A DNA stretch of 63,781 bases, the filler included, from Squatina squatina (Eukaryota): assembly GCA_031763465.1 (NCBI GenBank). It is 4 parts of 4 records of this genome, joined end to end, with 100 filler letters (N's around TTAATTAATTAA, not from the genome) between each part and the next. Parts side by side here need not be neighbours in the genome. Positions count along the whole stretch, not along the records: positions 1 to 12,529 come from JARFOE010000203.1; 3 more parts are not named here. One strand, written 5' to 3'. Both the position numbers and the translations under genes were made by a program. The notes below the pieces were generated by a model that did not search any database, had not been told where the DNA came from, and saw only the letters and a list, made by a program, of their open reading frames with translations. Shown one piece after another: positions 1 through 12,629 of the stretch. Numbering within the stretch: position 1 is the first letter of the stretch; every line of letters starts with the position of its first letter.

Positions 1-586
1 GTCAACGATACACAGCTGCTCCGTATAGCACTGACATGTTTCAATGTCCCTCCCCTTCGGTTAAAGGGGAAGGCTGCTGCACACTCTGCCTGGTCTCTGA
101 GGGTGGCTTGGTGCTGAGGCCACAGCCCAGCACACAAAACGGAATGTGCCAGGCTGCAGGATGGACGCAAGGGAGGCAGAAGTCGGGCCAACTGGTGAGT
201 CGGCCAAACCGTCAAGCTGGTGGCACGGGGCGCTCCCGACCTCTCCTTTAGCTTCTACCCCGCAAACGGATGTCGGCCCGGTTTGCAACTCGCAAGGCTG
301 GCGCTGACGCCACTAGTGGGGCACAGGTCAATGTCTGCCGCAGGGCGGAAATGGGTGCTGAGGGGTCGCCGTGCACGGCGATGACATTATCGCTGGTTGC
401 GTAGCAGCCCATGGCGCTACTGGCGGGGTATGGTGCTACAGTGGCAGCATCTCCGCTAACTCCCACACAACTTAGTGGAAGCCAGTAGCGCCTCCCCCCA
501 CCCCACCAGGAAAAAATTGTTTTGCATCCCATTAGCGCCCCCCGGAGGCGCTAACAGGCATCGCAAAACCGGGCAATTTCGAGCCC
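1..586. mobile_element. GC-rich non-autonomous DNA transposon (PIF/Harbinger-like), one terminus
   Basis: CpG-rich block ending GGGCAATTTCGAGCCC followed by AAT. The same style of terminus (GG..AAATT) flanked by AAT recurs at 5197/5950, 51167 and 61603. Confidence 0.45.
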
Positions 587-1364
587 AATGATATAGAAGA
601 GCCTCGGGTAAAGCAGAATATGGGTAAAGAATTAAGAATGAATGAACTACACAACGGTAAAATGTACAAACTGGCTGTTTCCATTCAGTGAGCATACCAA
701 CCAGATTGTGAAAACATCTCTGAACTTCAGCCTGGTTTACACTGCAGCTGCAAATTTCCAACTAGTTTGTAATAAAACCCCAATGTTAACAGCGTGGCAT
801 TATTTCCTCTCCAACCAGAGTTAAGCCAAACTACACAGCAGAATTATGACCAATAGAAATACCTAACAGAAACTTTATTTTCTTTTTCTTTTTTTGTGGT
901 GAGTAAATATTCAACCGAGAGGCTGGTAATTTAATATCACCTGGTACATGAAATCAATTGGGGCATGATGCTGTGCAAACACTGAGATCTCATTCAGCTC
1001 ACATCGTACTCATCCAAAATAAATGTAATCTTTAAGTTTAAATGTTACTGGCATGAATCTGGACACAGTGACCACTTGTCTTAAAGGGTCAGTTTCAGAG
1101 TTGCCTTCCTGACAGTGACCTCACTGAACAGGTTTTATGAGATACGTTAAGTAGCTTTTTGGCACATACAGTTTCTCTGGTTAGTCACAAGGTTTACCAC
1201 AGGCACAGGAGAATATGAAAGGTGATGTTACGCAAGTTCTATTTTTGCGAGAAAGTTTACACAAATTATTTTCTAATGCATGAAAAATAATTAAGTGGGA
1301 GTTGAAACTATTCAGTTCTTAATCCATACTCCTAAACCAGTAAGTGCAGTATTATGTATCAATT

Positions 1365-1791
1365 TCAGCTGTGGTAGCACTCTCGCCTCTGAGTCAGAAG
1401 GTTGAGGGTTCAAGTCCCACTCCAGGGACGTGAGCACATAAATCTAGGCTGGCACTCCCAGTGCGGTACTGAGGGAGTGCTGCACTGTCGGAGGTGCTGT
1501 CTTTTGAATGAAATGTTAAACTGAGGTCCTGTTTGCTCTCTCAGGTGGCTGTAAAAGATTCATGGCGCTACTCAAAGAAGAGCAAGGGAGGCCTCTCCAG
1601 TGATCTGGGCAAATATATATCTCGCAACCAACATCACTAAAAAAAGATTATCTGGTCATTTATCTCATTACTGTATGTGGGATCTTCCTGTGCACAAATG
1701 AGTGCTGTGTTTCATACTTTGCAACAGTAACTACACTTCAAAACTCATTAATTAGCTGTAAAGCGCTTCGAGAAAGGCGTTATAGAAATGC
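1365..1791 (+). mobile_element. tRNA-derived DeuSINE (SacSINE1-like), near full length
   Basis: Pol III A/B-box-like head (GTGGTAGCAC...GGTTCAAGTCCC), Deu-domain core (GTTAAACTGAGGTCCTGTTTGCTCTCTCAGGTGG...AAAAGAT) and L2-type tail (GCTGTAAAGCGCTT...TATAGAAATGC). Confidence 0.85.
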
Positions 1792-2164
1792 TGATCGAGC
1801 TTTCTACTGTCCCTGGTGTGAGATGTAACCTTGTTTTCACCTCCCAGGTATGCAGAGTGCAGAGCTTGCAATGATCTGAATCTGCAGCAGATCTTGTCCA
1901 TGTAATGTTGATCAGCTTCGTGTGGCCACGGCTGATGCTTTAACAGTAGCAGCTCATGTCGATCTTTCCGGATGTCAAACCAGTTTCCTGTCAGAGCCAT
2001 CAAAAAAAGCAGAAGCTATGTGGCTTATCTAGATCTCGGGTTCGACAAATAGCATCAGCTGCCTGTGTCTTCATCTCGGTATCAGGCCCAAGATCTCACT
2101 CCAAGTTTGAAGATATCTTTGACATATAGTGTTTCTGGGAAGCTTCAGTCTGATACAGCTGCAG

Positions 2165-2340
2165 AAACCAAGCTGGGCTTATTTTTCCATTACACGGTGG
2201 CCCTGGAGTAGTAACCAGTTTTGTCAGACCAGAACAGGAACCGATGGTTCTTGATGTGGTCGAGCTAAATCCGGTGGTGAATATCAAAACCAGTTGTGTG
2301 CCAGATATACGTGGCAATCACCTGCTGTCGCTGAGCTCAG
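2165..2340 (-). mobile_element. Degenerate L2-clade LINE ORF2 fragment
   Basis: Minus-strand translation YIWHTTGFDIHHRI*LDHIKNHRFLFWSDKTGYYSR resembles the L2 ORF2 linker motif (W..TGL.IH.QIWLDH...Y...L..AK..YYS). It contains stops. Confidence 0.55.
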
Positions 2341-4295
2341 TATGAGCCGGCANNNNNNNNNNNNNNNNNNNNNNNNNNNNNNNNNNNNNNNNNNNNNNNN
2401 NNNNNNNNNNNNNNNNNNNNNNNNNNNNNNNNNNNNNNNNNNNNNNNNNNNNTCTCGAAACCCACTTTTTCAGCCAAGTTTCCAGTCACCCCTTCTAATC
2501 TCTTCTCCCAGAACTTAGTGTCGATACCCTCTATCTTTTTCTTCTCTCTGCTTCTGTAAAGCACTTTGGGATGTTTTCTACATTAACGGTGCTATATAAG
2601 TGCAAGTTGTTGCTGTTGTTGTTATTATTTCTGGTATACTAGTTACTGAAGAAAGTGCATAATGCTCCAAAGCTAGCACATGTAGCCCTCAGCCGGTGTT
2701 GCTGCAAAGGCTGCAGTGTGTTTACCTGATTGTTAACTGACAGGTGATCTGTTCTATACCTGAGCTCAAACCTATACTGTTTTCAAAATGGCAGGTTGAG
2801 TCTTTTTGGTCTTATGTTTAACCTTTTACTGAAAAATGCTTTCTTTGTGTACAAGTTTAAATGCCAACAGCTATTTTCATGAAAACCAAATAAAACATTG
2901 CTACAATCAGGAATAGACTATCTTTTTCTATAGGAATAGACTAGCGTTTGTACAAAAACATGCATTGCTGAAAGTAAAATATTTTTAGCAATGAACACAT
3001 ACTCATAACATTAGTGATCATTTATTTATCTACAGCAGCATGCTGATCAGATTTATTTGATGAGAAGGCTGTAATCAGTGTACAAACAGGTTAAGTGTTG
3101 ACAAGACAGGTTTTATAGTCTTATTGTGGAACATGTAGGCATATCACAATAACACTTGTTTTCTTTATTACATAATTGCTCGAACAAAATTTCACAAAGA
3201 TAGCAATGAATAGCAGTAGAGATTGACCAGTACCAAAATGTACCAGTCCAGTTATGCCAGTCCATGTTTTACACAATATCCAACAGCATAGGTCTGCCAG
3301 TATGACAAAAATCTAGTCCAAACCTGAACAATAGCGATTGTGTTACAATCTCAAGATCACATTTGGAAGAGCTATACTGGGTCTGCACCTGTGCCTTCTG
3401 CATTGCTTGTTTAAATCCATACCTATTGTACCCACAATTACTTCAGGTCTATTAGTAATTCACAACCACTGGCCTTACCTCTTCCCAGTTTCACCAGCTT
3501 CCTGGCAGGATATATATATCTGGAAATTCTAGGTTGGAATTGGTGCTAGTATAAGATTCTGTCCGATTCATAGAGAATTGTGCTAAATTCAAAATAACTG
3601 CACAATATGTCAAATGCCAGAAGTTGAAGGTTTAAGTTTTATTTTAAAAAACCTACAACCTAATAACAGTGATCAAGGTGCACTTTATGTAATTTAAAAA
3701 AAGTACAAGAAATACCTGATATCTATTATACATGGGTGTATTGAAAACAAAAGTTATCTAAAGTAAATATAAGGACTTCTTAGCAGTAGTGGCAAGTTTC
3801 TGGTGTTGTTTGTGAAAGATGAAAGATGCAGAACAAGTTTAAGTGACATGACCATTTTATCGACTCATACCAGGGACCCTGCCTCCTGAGATTTTCCCTT
3901 TATTCATGCATTCCATATACGACAAACACAATTTGTTATAAAACTAAAACTACGCTGTCTATCAGGCTAATCGGCTACTGATATTGGGAACATTGGAGAA
4001 TACATGAAGTAATGATTCCCGGAATCCCAAACAAGCTATAGATGATTATATAATTCACATACGTATCTTGCATTTTTCACCAATGTGTTCCGCTGCAGTC
4101 CAGGAATATACTGCAATGAATATCTGATTATTCCAAAGATTACTGAAGTGACTTAAGCATCAGAATACTCAAAGATGGCATAATTGCACATTTGCNNNNN
4201 NNNNNNNNNNNNNNNNNNNNNNNNNNNNNNNNNNNNNNNNNNNNNNNNNNNNNNNNNNNNNNNNNNNNNNNNNNNNNNNNNNNNNNNNNNNNNNN

Positions 4296-4440
4296 GCTTA
4301 CCCCTTATCCTTAGACTGTGACCCCTGGTTCTGGACTCACCCGCCATCGGGAACATCCTTCCTGCATCTAGTTTGACCAGTCCTACTAGAATTTTGTAAG
4401 TTTTTAATCAGATCCCCTCTTATTCTTCTATACTCGAGCG
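4296..4440 (-). mobile_element. CR1 LINE 3' ORF2 fragment
   Basis: MFPMAGESRTRGHSLRIRGK is the typical CR1 ORF2 C-terminal motif (TRGH). Confidence 0.8.
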
Positions 4441-5196
4441 AATTACTAACTACTCCAGCAAATGTCCTCAATACCTTGCTTACCAATTCTCATGAAACCC
4501 ACAACTCCTCATTTCAGCAACCCACTTAATAATTTCTACATCCTTCTGAAATCTTTACAACCTAAACAAACCCTCTCGCAAAGCATGTCATCTAATGTAC
4601 TGTATGCATCATACTTGCTCCATGTAACATTTTCCTTATTCTATTTCTGTCATGCCTGCCTGTTACGTCTGAAGTGTACCTATCTATACTTAGTGCATGT
4701 TTACCTTTGATCAATCCCTCCAGTTCCTGTCCCCAAAGTAGGTGGTACTGTAGCACTATTCTCCTTACCTGAAACCTACTTGGCCTGTCACATCGAGCAC
4801 CAACTCTTGTTACCACCCGAGTCGCATTGAACCATCCTTTAGCTAGGGTGGCAACTTATGATCCTGTTAATAAGAGGGAGGGAGATAGGAGGTTATTTTG
4901 GTGATAGGGTGAAAACAGGTGCTAAATGGGTGCTGTGCTAATAAGACACAGAGCCTTTCATTTTTTGCTTCTTCTGGCCTTGGGGAGGCACTGGGGATTT
5001 GCAAGCAGCTGCCAATCTATGAAGAAAGTTCTCGAGCAATTAGCCTCCAATTTATTCCGGGAATGTCTAACATTGATTAGCATTGAATTGGCCATGGAAT
5101 GTGTTTATTTACAGCAAATAGACTTTGTGGTGTTAAAGAANNNNNNNNNNTCCATCTTGGTAGTTAAATAATACATTTCCCATTACATGACAGAAT

Positions 5197-5950
5197 GGCC
5201 CAAATTTTGCTGTATATGTAGCAGGGCATCTAACAATGTCTGCCATTAGATAGACTTGCCCTTGCAAGTTTAGATTTTTAAATGCTTTGTATGGCAAGTT
5301 GCTGAAATCTGAGCTGATAACACCACAGCGAGGGAAACTGGCCATCTGGGATCTGAGAGAACAGGGCAAGCAACTGTTTATCTCCTTAACCAGTCAGATT
5401 GAAGGATTGAGAACTCAGCATTGCAAGGACTGAGAAGAAATTCTGAATTAGAGTGGGTGAATTCAATGTCAAGTCAGGTAAGAACGATAAAGAGAGGGAA
5501 AGAAAGATTGGAGCAAGAGAGAGCAAAAAGAGAAAGAAAGGAAAAGTAAAAAAAAATAAAATTTGACTTTTCTAAAATCTCCAACAACAATTATTACCTG
5601 AAGGAGTGAGACTCCACACTTGTAATAGTTAAGTTTCAGTGACAGAGAGATGGACTGGCAGGATTTAACATTTATCAAGTCATTAAAAAGATACTTAGAC
5701 TGGAATAGACAAGATTTAACTTTCTGTGGTGAGTTTAGTTTGTATCAACCACACAAATACAGCAATGTCAATGCATTTCAATGGTGAGCCAGATTGTAAG
5801 ATACTATATTTGTGCAATTCGGACAGCAACTTTTGGATTTTGGCATTTAACTGCGCATCTGCTCCTTGCATGAAGTTGCTATACCATTTCTGCATTAATA
5901 ACGGTGAGCGGTATCAGCTTCCCCATTATTTTTACAGTAAAATCTGGGCC
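5197..5950. mobile_element. Complete MITE (754 bp) with 18-bp TIRs and 3-bp AAT TSD, PIF/Harbinger-like
   Basis: Left TIR GGCCCAAATTTTGCTGTA vs reverse complement of right end GGCCCAGATTTTACTGTA (16/18 identical). AAT lies immediately outside both ends (5194-5196, 5951-5953). Confidence 0.75.
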
Positions 5951-7548
5951 AATGTATGCTCCAACTTACAAGAAATCTGCTAGTACTTCAAAATTTTGAA
6001 TGCAGTTCAGACCAACTGGGTAAAAATCCTCTGTTTACTGGTTTAAAGCATCTTGAAAAAAGTTTAAACACACTCAGTCCAGTTCCTACGGGTTACTGCA
6101 TAAAACAGCCCCTAATGTGGCAGTACTTCACATCAAATTGGTGATCACACTCATAGCCCAAAGATGACTGGTGTGGATATGGTGTAGAGTATGAACATTA
6201 AGCAAGTTTATATTCCTCCTTCCGCTTTGTAATGGAGCTATTAACCTATTTATTTTGAATGGGTGAACACCTCCATTAAAATATGAACAGGATATCATAG
6301 CAATAAATTAAGCCTTCAGATGCTAATATTGCAGACAGTCATTTCCAATTTATAGCCTCTAGTTCACTATTGTCAGCAGATTTGGAAATAATATATTCAA
6401 TATTTTCATTTTTATTGCTCATGTGAAGATACAGGCTATTGAGTAGTGTTATTGATATTCAACAGTTTTGTATTTTCATAATTTATTCAGGTTTGTGGAT
6501 AGGACAAATTTGCTACTGAACTCAGTCCTTACAGCAGCTTCAATTAATTCTCCAAAAATAGGACAGTGCTACCCACTTATGTCGATGTGTTGGGGAGCAT
6601 TCTAATTTTGTGAATATAAATGGACAAAAAAAGTCATGAATGGCCCTGTCTGGGTTAACTCATGTACAGAGCAAGCATTTTTGCACACCAACCTAACATT
6701 TTTCATGTTGTCTTAAACTAAAATAAAATAAATTCTGCAAGATAATATCAGATGAGAATGCCCTTTCAAAATACCGATTGAATATTCATAAAAACTTCAG
6801 CTATAGACCAGCAGGGTGCACTGAAAACTACTGAATGTGGCTTGTTCTTGTACCGTGCTCAAATATTTTAAGTCTGTATTGTTTTACTTTATTGCATTAC
6901 TTCTATTCAGTTGATGGTAAATATTTTGCCTGCTGCTCTGAAAATAAAAGAATCAATCAAATGCTGGCAGTTTATACCCGAGCACAGCAGTGGAATTAAT
7001 GGCAGGTTCAGGTCAACAGCTAATGGCAGGTGCTTGGTAACTAAACCCACAACATATGTCATCTAAATGCACCCCAGATCTCATCCAACTTGGAATGTTT
7101 CTTTGTGGGGCAGTTGTTTCACTGAGGATTGTTCCGAATCAACAGATTAAAAAAAAAACTTTAGAAGGGAGGACACTTTACATTGAAAGATCTCCAACAG
7201 GCAAAACAGAAAGGAAACATTCACCCTCTGTCTGGGATGGAGAATAATCTTTCTTCTATAGGGGAAAAGACAAGCTCTCTCCAAAACATATTATTTAAAG
7301 CCTTAGCCTATCAGAAAAATAACCTATTGCTGCAAAGTTGCCAGAGTCAATAGATATTTAAGACAATACACTGTAGGCTACTTAAACAGAAATGTTCAAT
7401 TCCCAGGCACATTCACACTCCAATGCTGCCTGCTAATTGAGCTCGACTTGGCTGTGTGGGTTTACAGTAGTTTGGTCAAATAAAAAATCATGCATACATG
7501 CATACTAAATCTGCATAATCACTCAATGTTACTTTATTCATAATGCTA

Positions 7549-7830
<282 letters not shown>

Positions 7831-7959
7831 TTACATGATCACTTTTTCCATTTAGTAGCTGTGAAGGTTTCTCATCGGTTTCTTGATCTTTTGGACACAG
7901 CACCAGGTACTCATTTATTTAGAAATCTTGGACCAGTAAAGCCCACAGGACTCAAAGAA

Positions 7960-8154
7960 AGCTTGTCCTTTTTTCACAGGTTAACCCTACTTAGCCACAT
8001 TCACATCAGATCCCTCAGTCTCCTCTTTCTCCAGGAAAGACATTTAATTGACTCCATTTATATGGCCTGCTTCAACAGCTTCCCTGGTAACTTATTCAAT
8101 ACTCTTTGGGTGAAGAAGGTTCTTCTGAATTCCCTAATGTATTTCTTGGTGACT
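7960..8154 (-). mobile_element. Degenerate CR1 3' end
   Basis: ACTCTTTGGGTGAAGAAGGTTCTTCTGAATTCCC is the reverse complement of the CR1 F..NFFTQRV motif. Confidence 0.55.
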
Positions 8155-8755
8155 NNNNNNNNNNNNNNNNNNNNNNNNNNNNNNNNNNNNNNNNNNNNNN
8201 NNNNNNNNNNNNNNNNNNNNNNNNNNNNNNNNNNNNNNNNNNNNNNNNNNNNNNTGTGTGTCTAAAGACATGCAAATAATCAATAGGACATAGAGATTAG
8301 ATGTACTTGTCAGGGGAAGGGAGTAGGGGAAAAGCTGCAGTTGCCTAGATGAACGCAGAAACCCTCAAGCTGAATTGCGTAGTGAACTATATCTTTCCAA
8401 CAGTGTTATTGAATAACTATACTAGAATAAAGCACCAAACATGTATAGATACAAGAATCAATTTAAGTAAGATGTTTTATGCTGAGAGCTACCAATATTT
8501 TCCTAGGTATATATTATTTCAAGTGTCATTTTAAAAAAGTCGTCATGCAATGGTTACTGAAGAGATCAATTTAAAACGTGTTTGCTGTACAGGTAGATAG
8601 GCACATTTGGCATTTCATACCCTGCTTTTAATAAAGATCACTGTACATATTACGTGCTCTGCAACAACATGAATTACAATTGCATCAATTCAATCTTCAC
8701 AATATGCTGGAGGATGAATGGTCCAAAATATTAAAGTAATGTATGTATACCATAC

Positions 8756-8842
8756 CTGAACCTCTTGGTTTGTGAACATCTCCTCATTGACTTCACATGC
8801 AACTAACACTAACAGTTCCCACTCCATCTTCTGTGCTGGCAT
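8756..8842 (-). CDS. RCAN2: RCAN2-type alternative first coding exon (exon-4 type, 29 aa)
   Basis: ATG at 8842 and CAG|GTATGG donor. MPAQKMEWELLVLVACEVNEEMFTNQEVQ aligns without gaps to my recollection of the human RCAN2 short isoform N-terminus, [29 protein letters not shown]. Not in the ORF track. Confidence 0.8.
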
Positions 8843-10709
8843 TATTCAACGTGCTCAATCTATTTTTGTAGATTTTCCACTCTTGCTTTTTCTCTCTGCC
8901 TCCGTAGCATAGGAAAATCCAGCACTTAGGATCTCTACCAGGGCACAGTTTGGCTGATGCTTCTGAGTATTACCAATAATTTTATAAAAACACAATACAC
9001 AAGAAATAGAAAGACAATCTTTTTAAAATCAGCTGCGAGTGATGATCCTGCTTACAGCCAGCTCAGAGCTGCACTCCATTTGGCTTCAGGAGATAAATGC
9101 AGGCACTGAAAACTGAACACAGGATTTAGTCCTGCCAGTGACATCACTGCAGCACTGACCTGGCATGCTAATTAGCTTGCTTTCCCCTTTTACAATTTAT
9201 ATAGAGTGTTCAAATTATATAATAGAAAGGCTATAAAAGCAACCAAGAAAATGAAAATTGCAATAAAAGAACATGTCACAGAAATTAGAATGGTACACAT
9301 TCCCCATTTTGCAGTAATTCCCAATAAAAAGTCTTCAATAAACATAGTCCTGCTTCCCCTAAATTTGGATTGTGTCAGCGCAGTGTCACTACAAAATCTT
9401 TTAAGGAGATTTTGATTTTCTGTTACCATTGTTTGCGTTTTTACACTAGGTAATTTTCTCAGGTCCAGTGTGAAACCACTCCCTTAAGCTCTATTCTGTA
9501 GAAACCAGAGCCTGCCTTTATTTGTACAATATCTGTTTCTTGTCGTGAGCCCAGAGGTTGAACAGAAAATCCTTGTCACTGCATTTCAGCTTATGGATAC
9601 ATCACATGCCACCATGTGGTTTCCTTGCCTTTGCAAGGCAACAGAATAAAATACTTCATTGGACTATGGCTTAGGCTATGAACTACCAGACAGATTTATT
9701 GAACTTTAAACCAATAAATGAATGGTAGCAAGAGCAAACAATAGATTTACAATAATTATGGACTATTCCTCCTTGGGATATAGAAAACAACAAAGTCATC
9801 TCTCCTACACCAACACAATTCAAAACTGGACTTGAAGCAAGGTGCAGGATTATTCTTTTATTTTGGTTTATTGCTGACCTATTACATTCTTTGACATGAC
9901 TGCATCTGATGGCTTCAGAATGATTGCTGACATGAAGCCAGTCAGCCAGGGATATATAGTGGANNNNNNNNNNNNNNNNNNNNNNNNNNNNNNNNNNNNN
10001 NNNNNNNNNNNNNNNNNNNNNNNNNNNNNNNNNNNNNNNNNNNNNNNNNNNNNNNNNNNNNNNCTGAAATGGAGATGTTATGTATGTATCTAGAAACAGT
10101 TTCTTTTCCACATTCCAAAAAAACAGTAGATTTTAATATCCACTGGAACAAATTGGTGAGTAGAATCTAGATGAACAGGCCTTAAGAACACCAAGCCCCA
10201 TAGGATGCACATTATTTTGAAGCCAGGAAAATTACTAGCCAAGAGCACTTCAATCACCAACTGTGCAAGAGGCTCACTAAGAGGGACGAAAGTAGGAAAA
10301 ATTATTTAAAATGGCCTGAAGATATAATTTCTTGACTTTTCTGCTGAGATCGTGTCATTTGTTTTCTGATTCCATCTGGACAGGGCTTAAGAGAAGCTTT
10401 GGTGTGTGATGAAAATCTTAAAGAATAAAACTTGCAAAACCATTTAGTTCCCCATTTACAGTTTCATCGTATTTTTTTTTTAGGCAATTAAAAACATTTC
10501 CTTCCCACCCCACCACCGTCACCAGGGGTACAATTTTTATATTGTCACAATAGTAGATAATGTTTCAAGTCCAGCTTATTGTTTGTTAATTTAATGGAAA
10601 GCCAAATGTAATTTAAGCATTTACAAGACTTCAACAGAACAGGTAAAGATTAGTACACGAGAAAGGAGCTCTTCTAATACAAACTGTCACACGAGCTTAG
10701 GGAGTGACT

Positions 10710-11292
10710 AGGACCAGAATCATCCCAGCCCTATGAGTGTGGGTTTGGAAGCAGGCCCACTGTTAAAATGGCCCTGATTGACAGCGGAGCGGAAGCCCGC
10801 TGTGAGCCCGCCTCCATGTCAGTTTCACAGACCCGACAGTAAGTGGCAGGCCAGTCAATTAACAGGTAGTTTAAAAAGGTATTTGAGAGGATTATAACCA
10901 GGCACTTACCATTTTCCCAACTTTTTGACGTCCCTCGGGTAACACGGCAGGTATGTATGTCGGGTTCTCAATGACTCTCCATTACTCTGAATAGGTGACA
11001 GCTGTAAAAATGGTATTAAAGCTACCAGTTCACAGCTGTTCACTTTCCAATCTCAGAAGGTGTATTGGAAGACACTTTTGAGCTGTATGCAGTTTGGAAG
11101 AGTTTGCAGTGAACACTCTATCCATGGTCACCTTCTTGGAGCAACCTCTCACCATTGACAGATCGCTTCTGTCATCTCAACTTCAGTTGCCATCTATTCC
11201 ATCAGCATTGGTGCCCTTGAAAAAAATCTCACCTTGGTCCTCAGAATCCAACCACGATCAGCCACAACACCAACATCACCAGGCACACCAGC
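10710..11292 (+). mobile_element. Probable Harbinger-like element, 5' region
   Basis: GC-rich subterminal-like block followed by an H/Q-rich stretch similar in character to the transposase 5' region at 36386-36590. Confidence 0.3.
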
Positions 11293-11540
11293 NNNNNNNN
11301 NNNNNNNNNNNNNNNNNNNNNNNNNNNNNNNNNNNNNNNNNNNNNNNNNNNNNNNNNNNNNNNNNNNNNNNNNNNNNNNNNNNNNNNNNNNNTTTGTGAT
11401 AGAAGATCATTTATAAGTATGAATGAGGAAGGCCATTTGGCTCCTCCCAAAGCTGCCTCAAATTGCTATTTTGTGCTGGTGCGCACCTTTGCTTGTAATT
11501 TCTACATTTCACAGGTTATTTCCATTTCCTTGTGTTTCAG

Positions 11541-11725
11541 ATAATCTGTTGGATAGAAAGCAGCTGATGAAAGTAGGAATTGCCTTAATTATAACTGGAC
11601 ATTTGAACTTCATTCTTGGAGCGATTGTCCATGGCACAGTCCTGCGACATGTCACTTTGCCAGGAGATGGCATTTCTGTTGAATATTCTGTAACCAACAT
11701 CATTTCTGCAATCTCAGGAATACTG
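11541..11725 (+). CDS. KRTCAP3: KRTCAP3/TMEM54 (BCLP family) membrane protein exon 2
   Basis: tgtgtttcAG acceptor, CTG|GTACAG donor, 185 bp. (D)NLLDRKQLMKVGIALIITGHLNFILGAIVHGTVLRHVTLPGDGISVEYSVTNIISAISGIL carries the GHxNxxLGA.HGTVLRHV signature. Spacing fits KRTCAP3 better than TMEM54. Confidence 0.75.
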
Positions 11726-12529
11726 GTACAGTTAATCTACTTATTAATATAGCTTTCTAAACACCAAGCTGTGTGTTATTCAAAATTAAAGCAATAAGTA
11801 TAGCCTTTAGAATGGTGCGTTATACTTCCAATTAACAATCATGGGTAAGTTTTTTTTCTGACACGAGTTTCAAGTACATCAACAGTAAATGTTGGTTGCA
11901 TTTCAAATTTGCTGATGGGGAAATACAATCAGGACACAACTACATCAGCAGTGACACCATGGACCAACTGATCTAATCTTGATTTTTCTTTGTGCCCTGA
12001 TCTGCTGTACAATCTCATGTTGTAAGCCCCAGCCTCAGACACTGAAAAACATTGAGGACTACATCAAATTAGCTTGAAATTTATAGCTAGACTGGTAAGT
12101 CTACATACAAGCTGCAATCATCTTTAAAACTAAGACCAACATGTAGAGTAGAAGATAGGGCAGTAACGCTGCAGGGGCCCATTCTACAACTTGCGCTCCC
12201 ATCTAATGAGCCTACACACATGGAGTGGAGACTCTCAGAATTACACTTTATGTACAGTTTAATTACTATAATATGCAAGGGCTGGTAGTTTATGGAATAC
12301 AAAACTCATATTGCCACCAACATGCCTCATTCACATCTCCAATACTCTATGGCCACTGTTCATTTTCCATAAGCCACTGGTGACAAACATAGATAATTTT
12401 TTAAATCATTGCACAGCCTCTTAGTAGTAATGATTTTCTAAAAGTAACCTCCTTGACTGAACACAATTACCAACCAGAATTTCAGTCAACTACTGGACAG
12501 TTTAAGCCATTTTGTGCTATTTAGCTTAA

Positions 12530-12629
12530 NNNNNNNNNNNNNNNNNNNNNNNNNNNNNNNNNNNNNNNNNNNNTTAATTAATTAANNNNNNNNNNNNNNN
12601 NNNNNNNNNNNNNNNNNNNNNNNNNNNNN
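12530..12629. other. Artificial scaffold-concatenation linker (N-TTAATTAATTAA-N)
   Basis: Palindromic all-frame stop 12-mer at 12574-12585 embedded in Ns. Confidence 0.95.

Noticed and set aside
1365-1430. tRNA-like A/B boxes as a tRNA gene
   Set aside because: It is the head of a DeuSINE; no full cloverleaf, and it continues into the SINE body.
1752-2160. 83-aa minus ORF (MMALTGNWFDIRK...) and a plus-strand acceptor-like site at 1847
   Set aside because: All three frames after the acceptor stop quickly, no protein family is recognisable, and it sits between a SINE and an L2 fragment.
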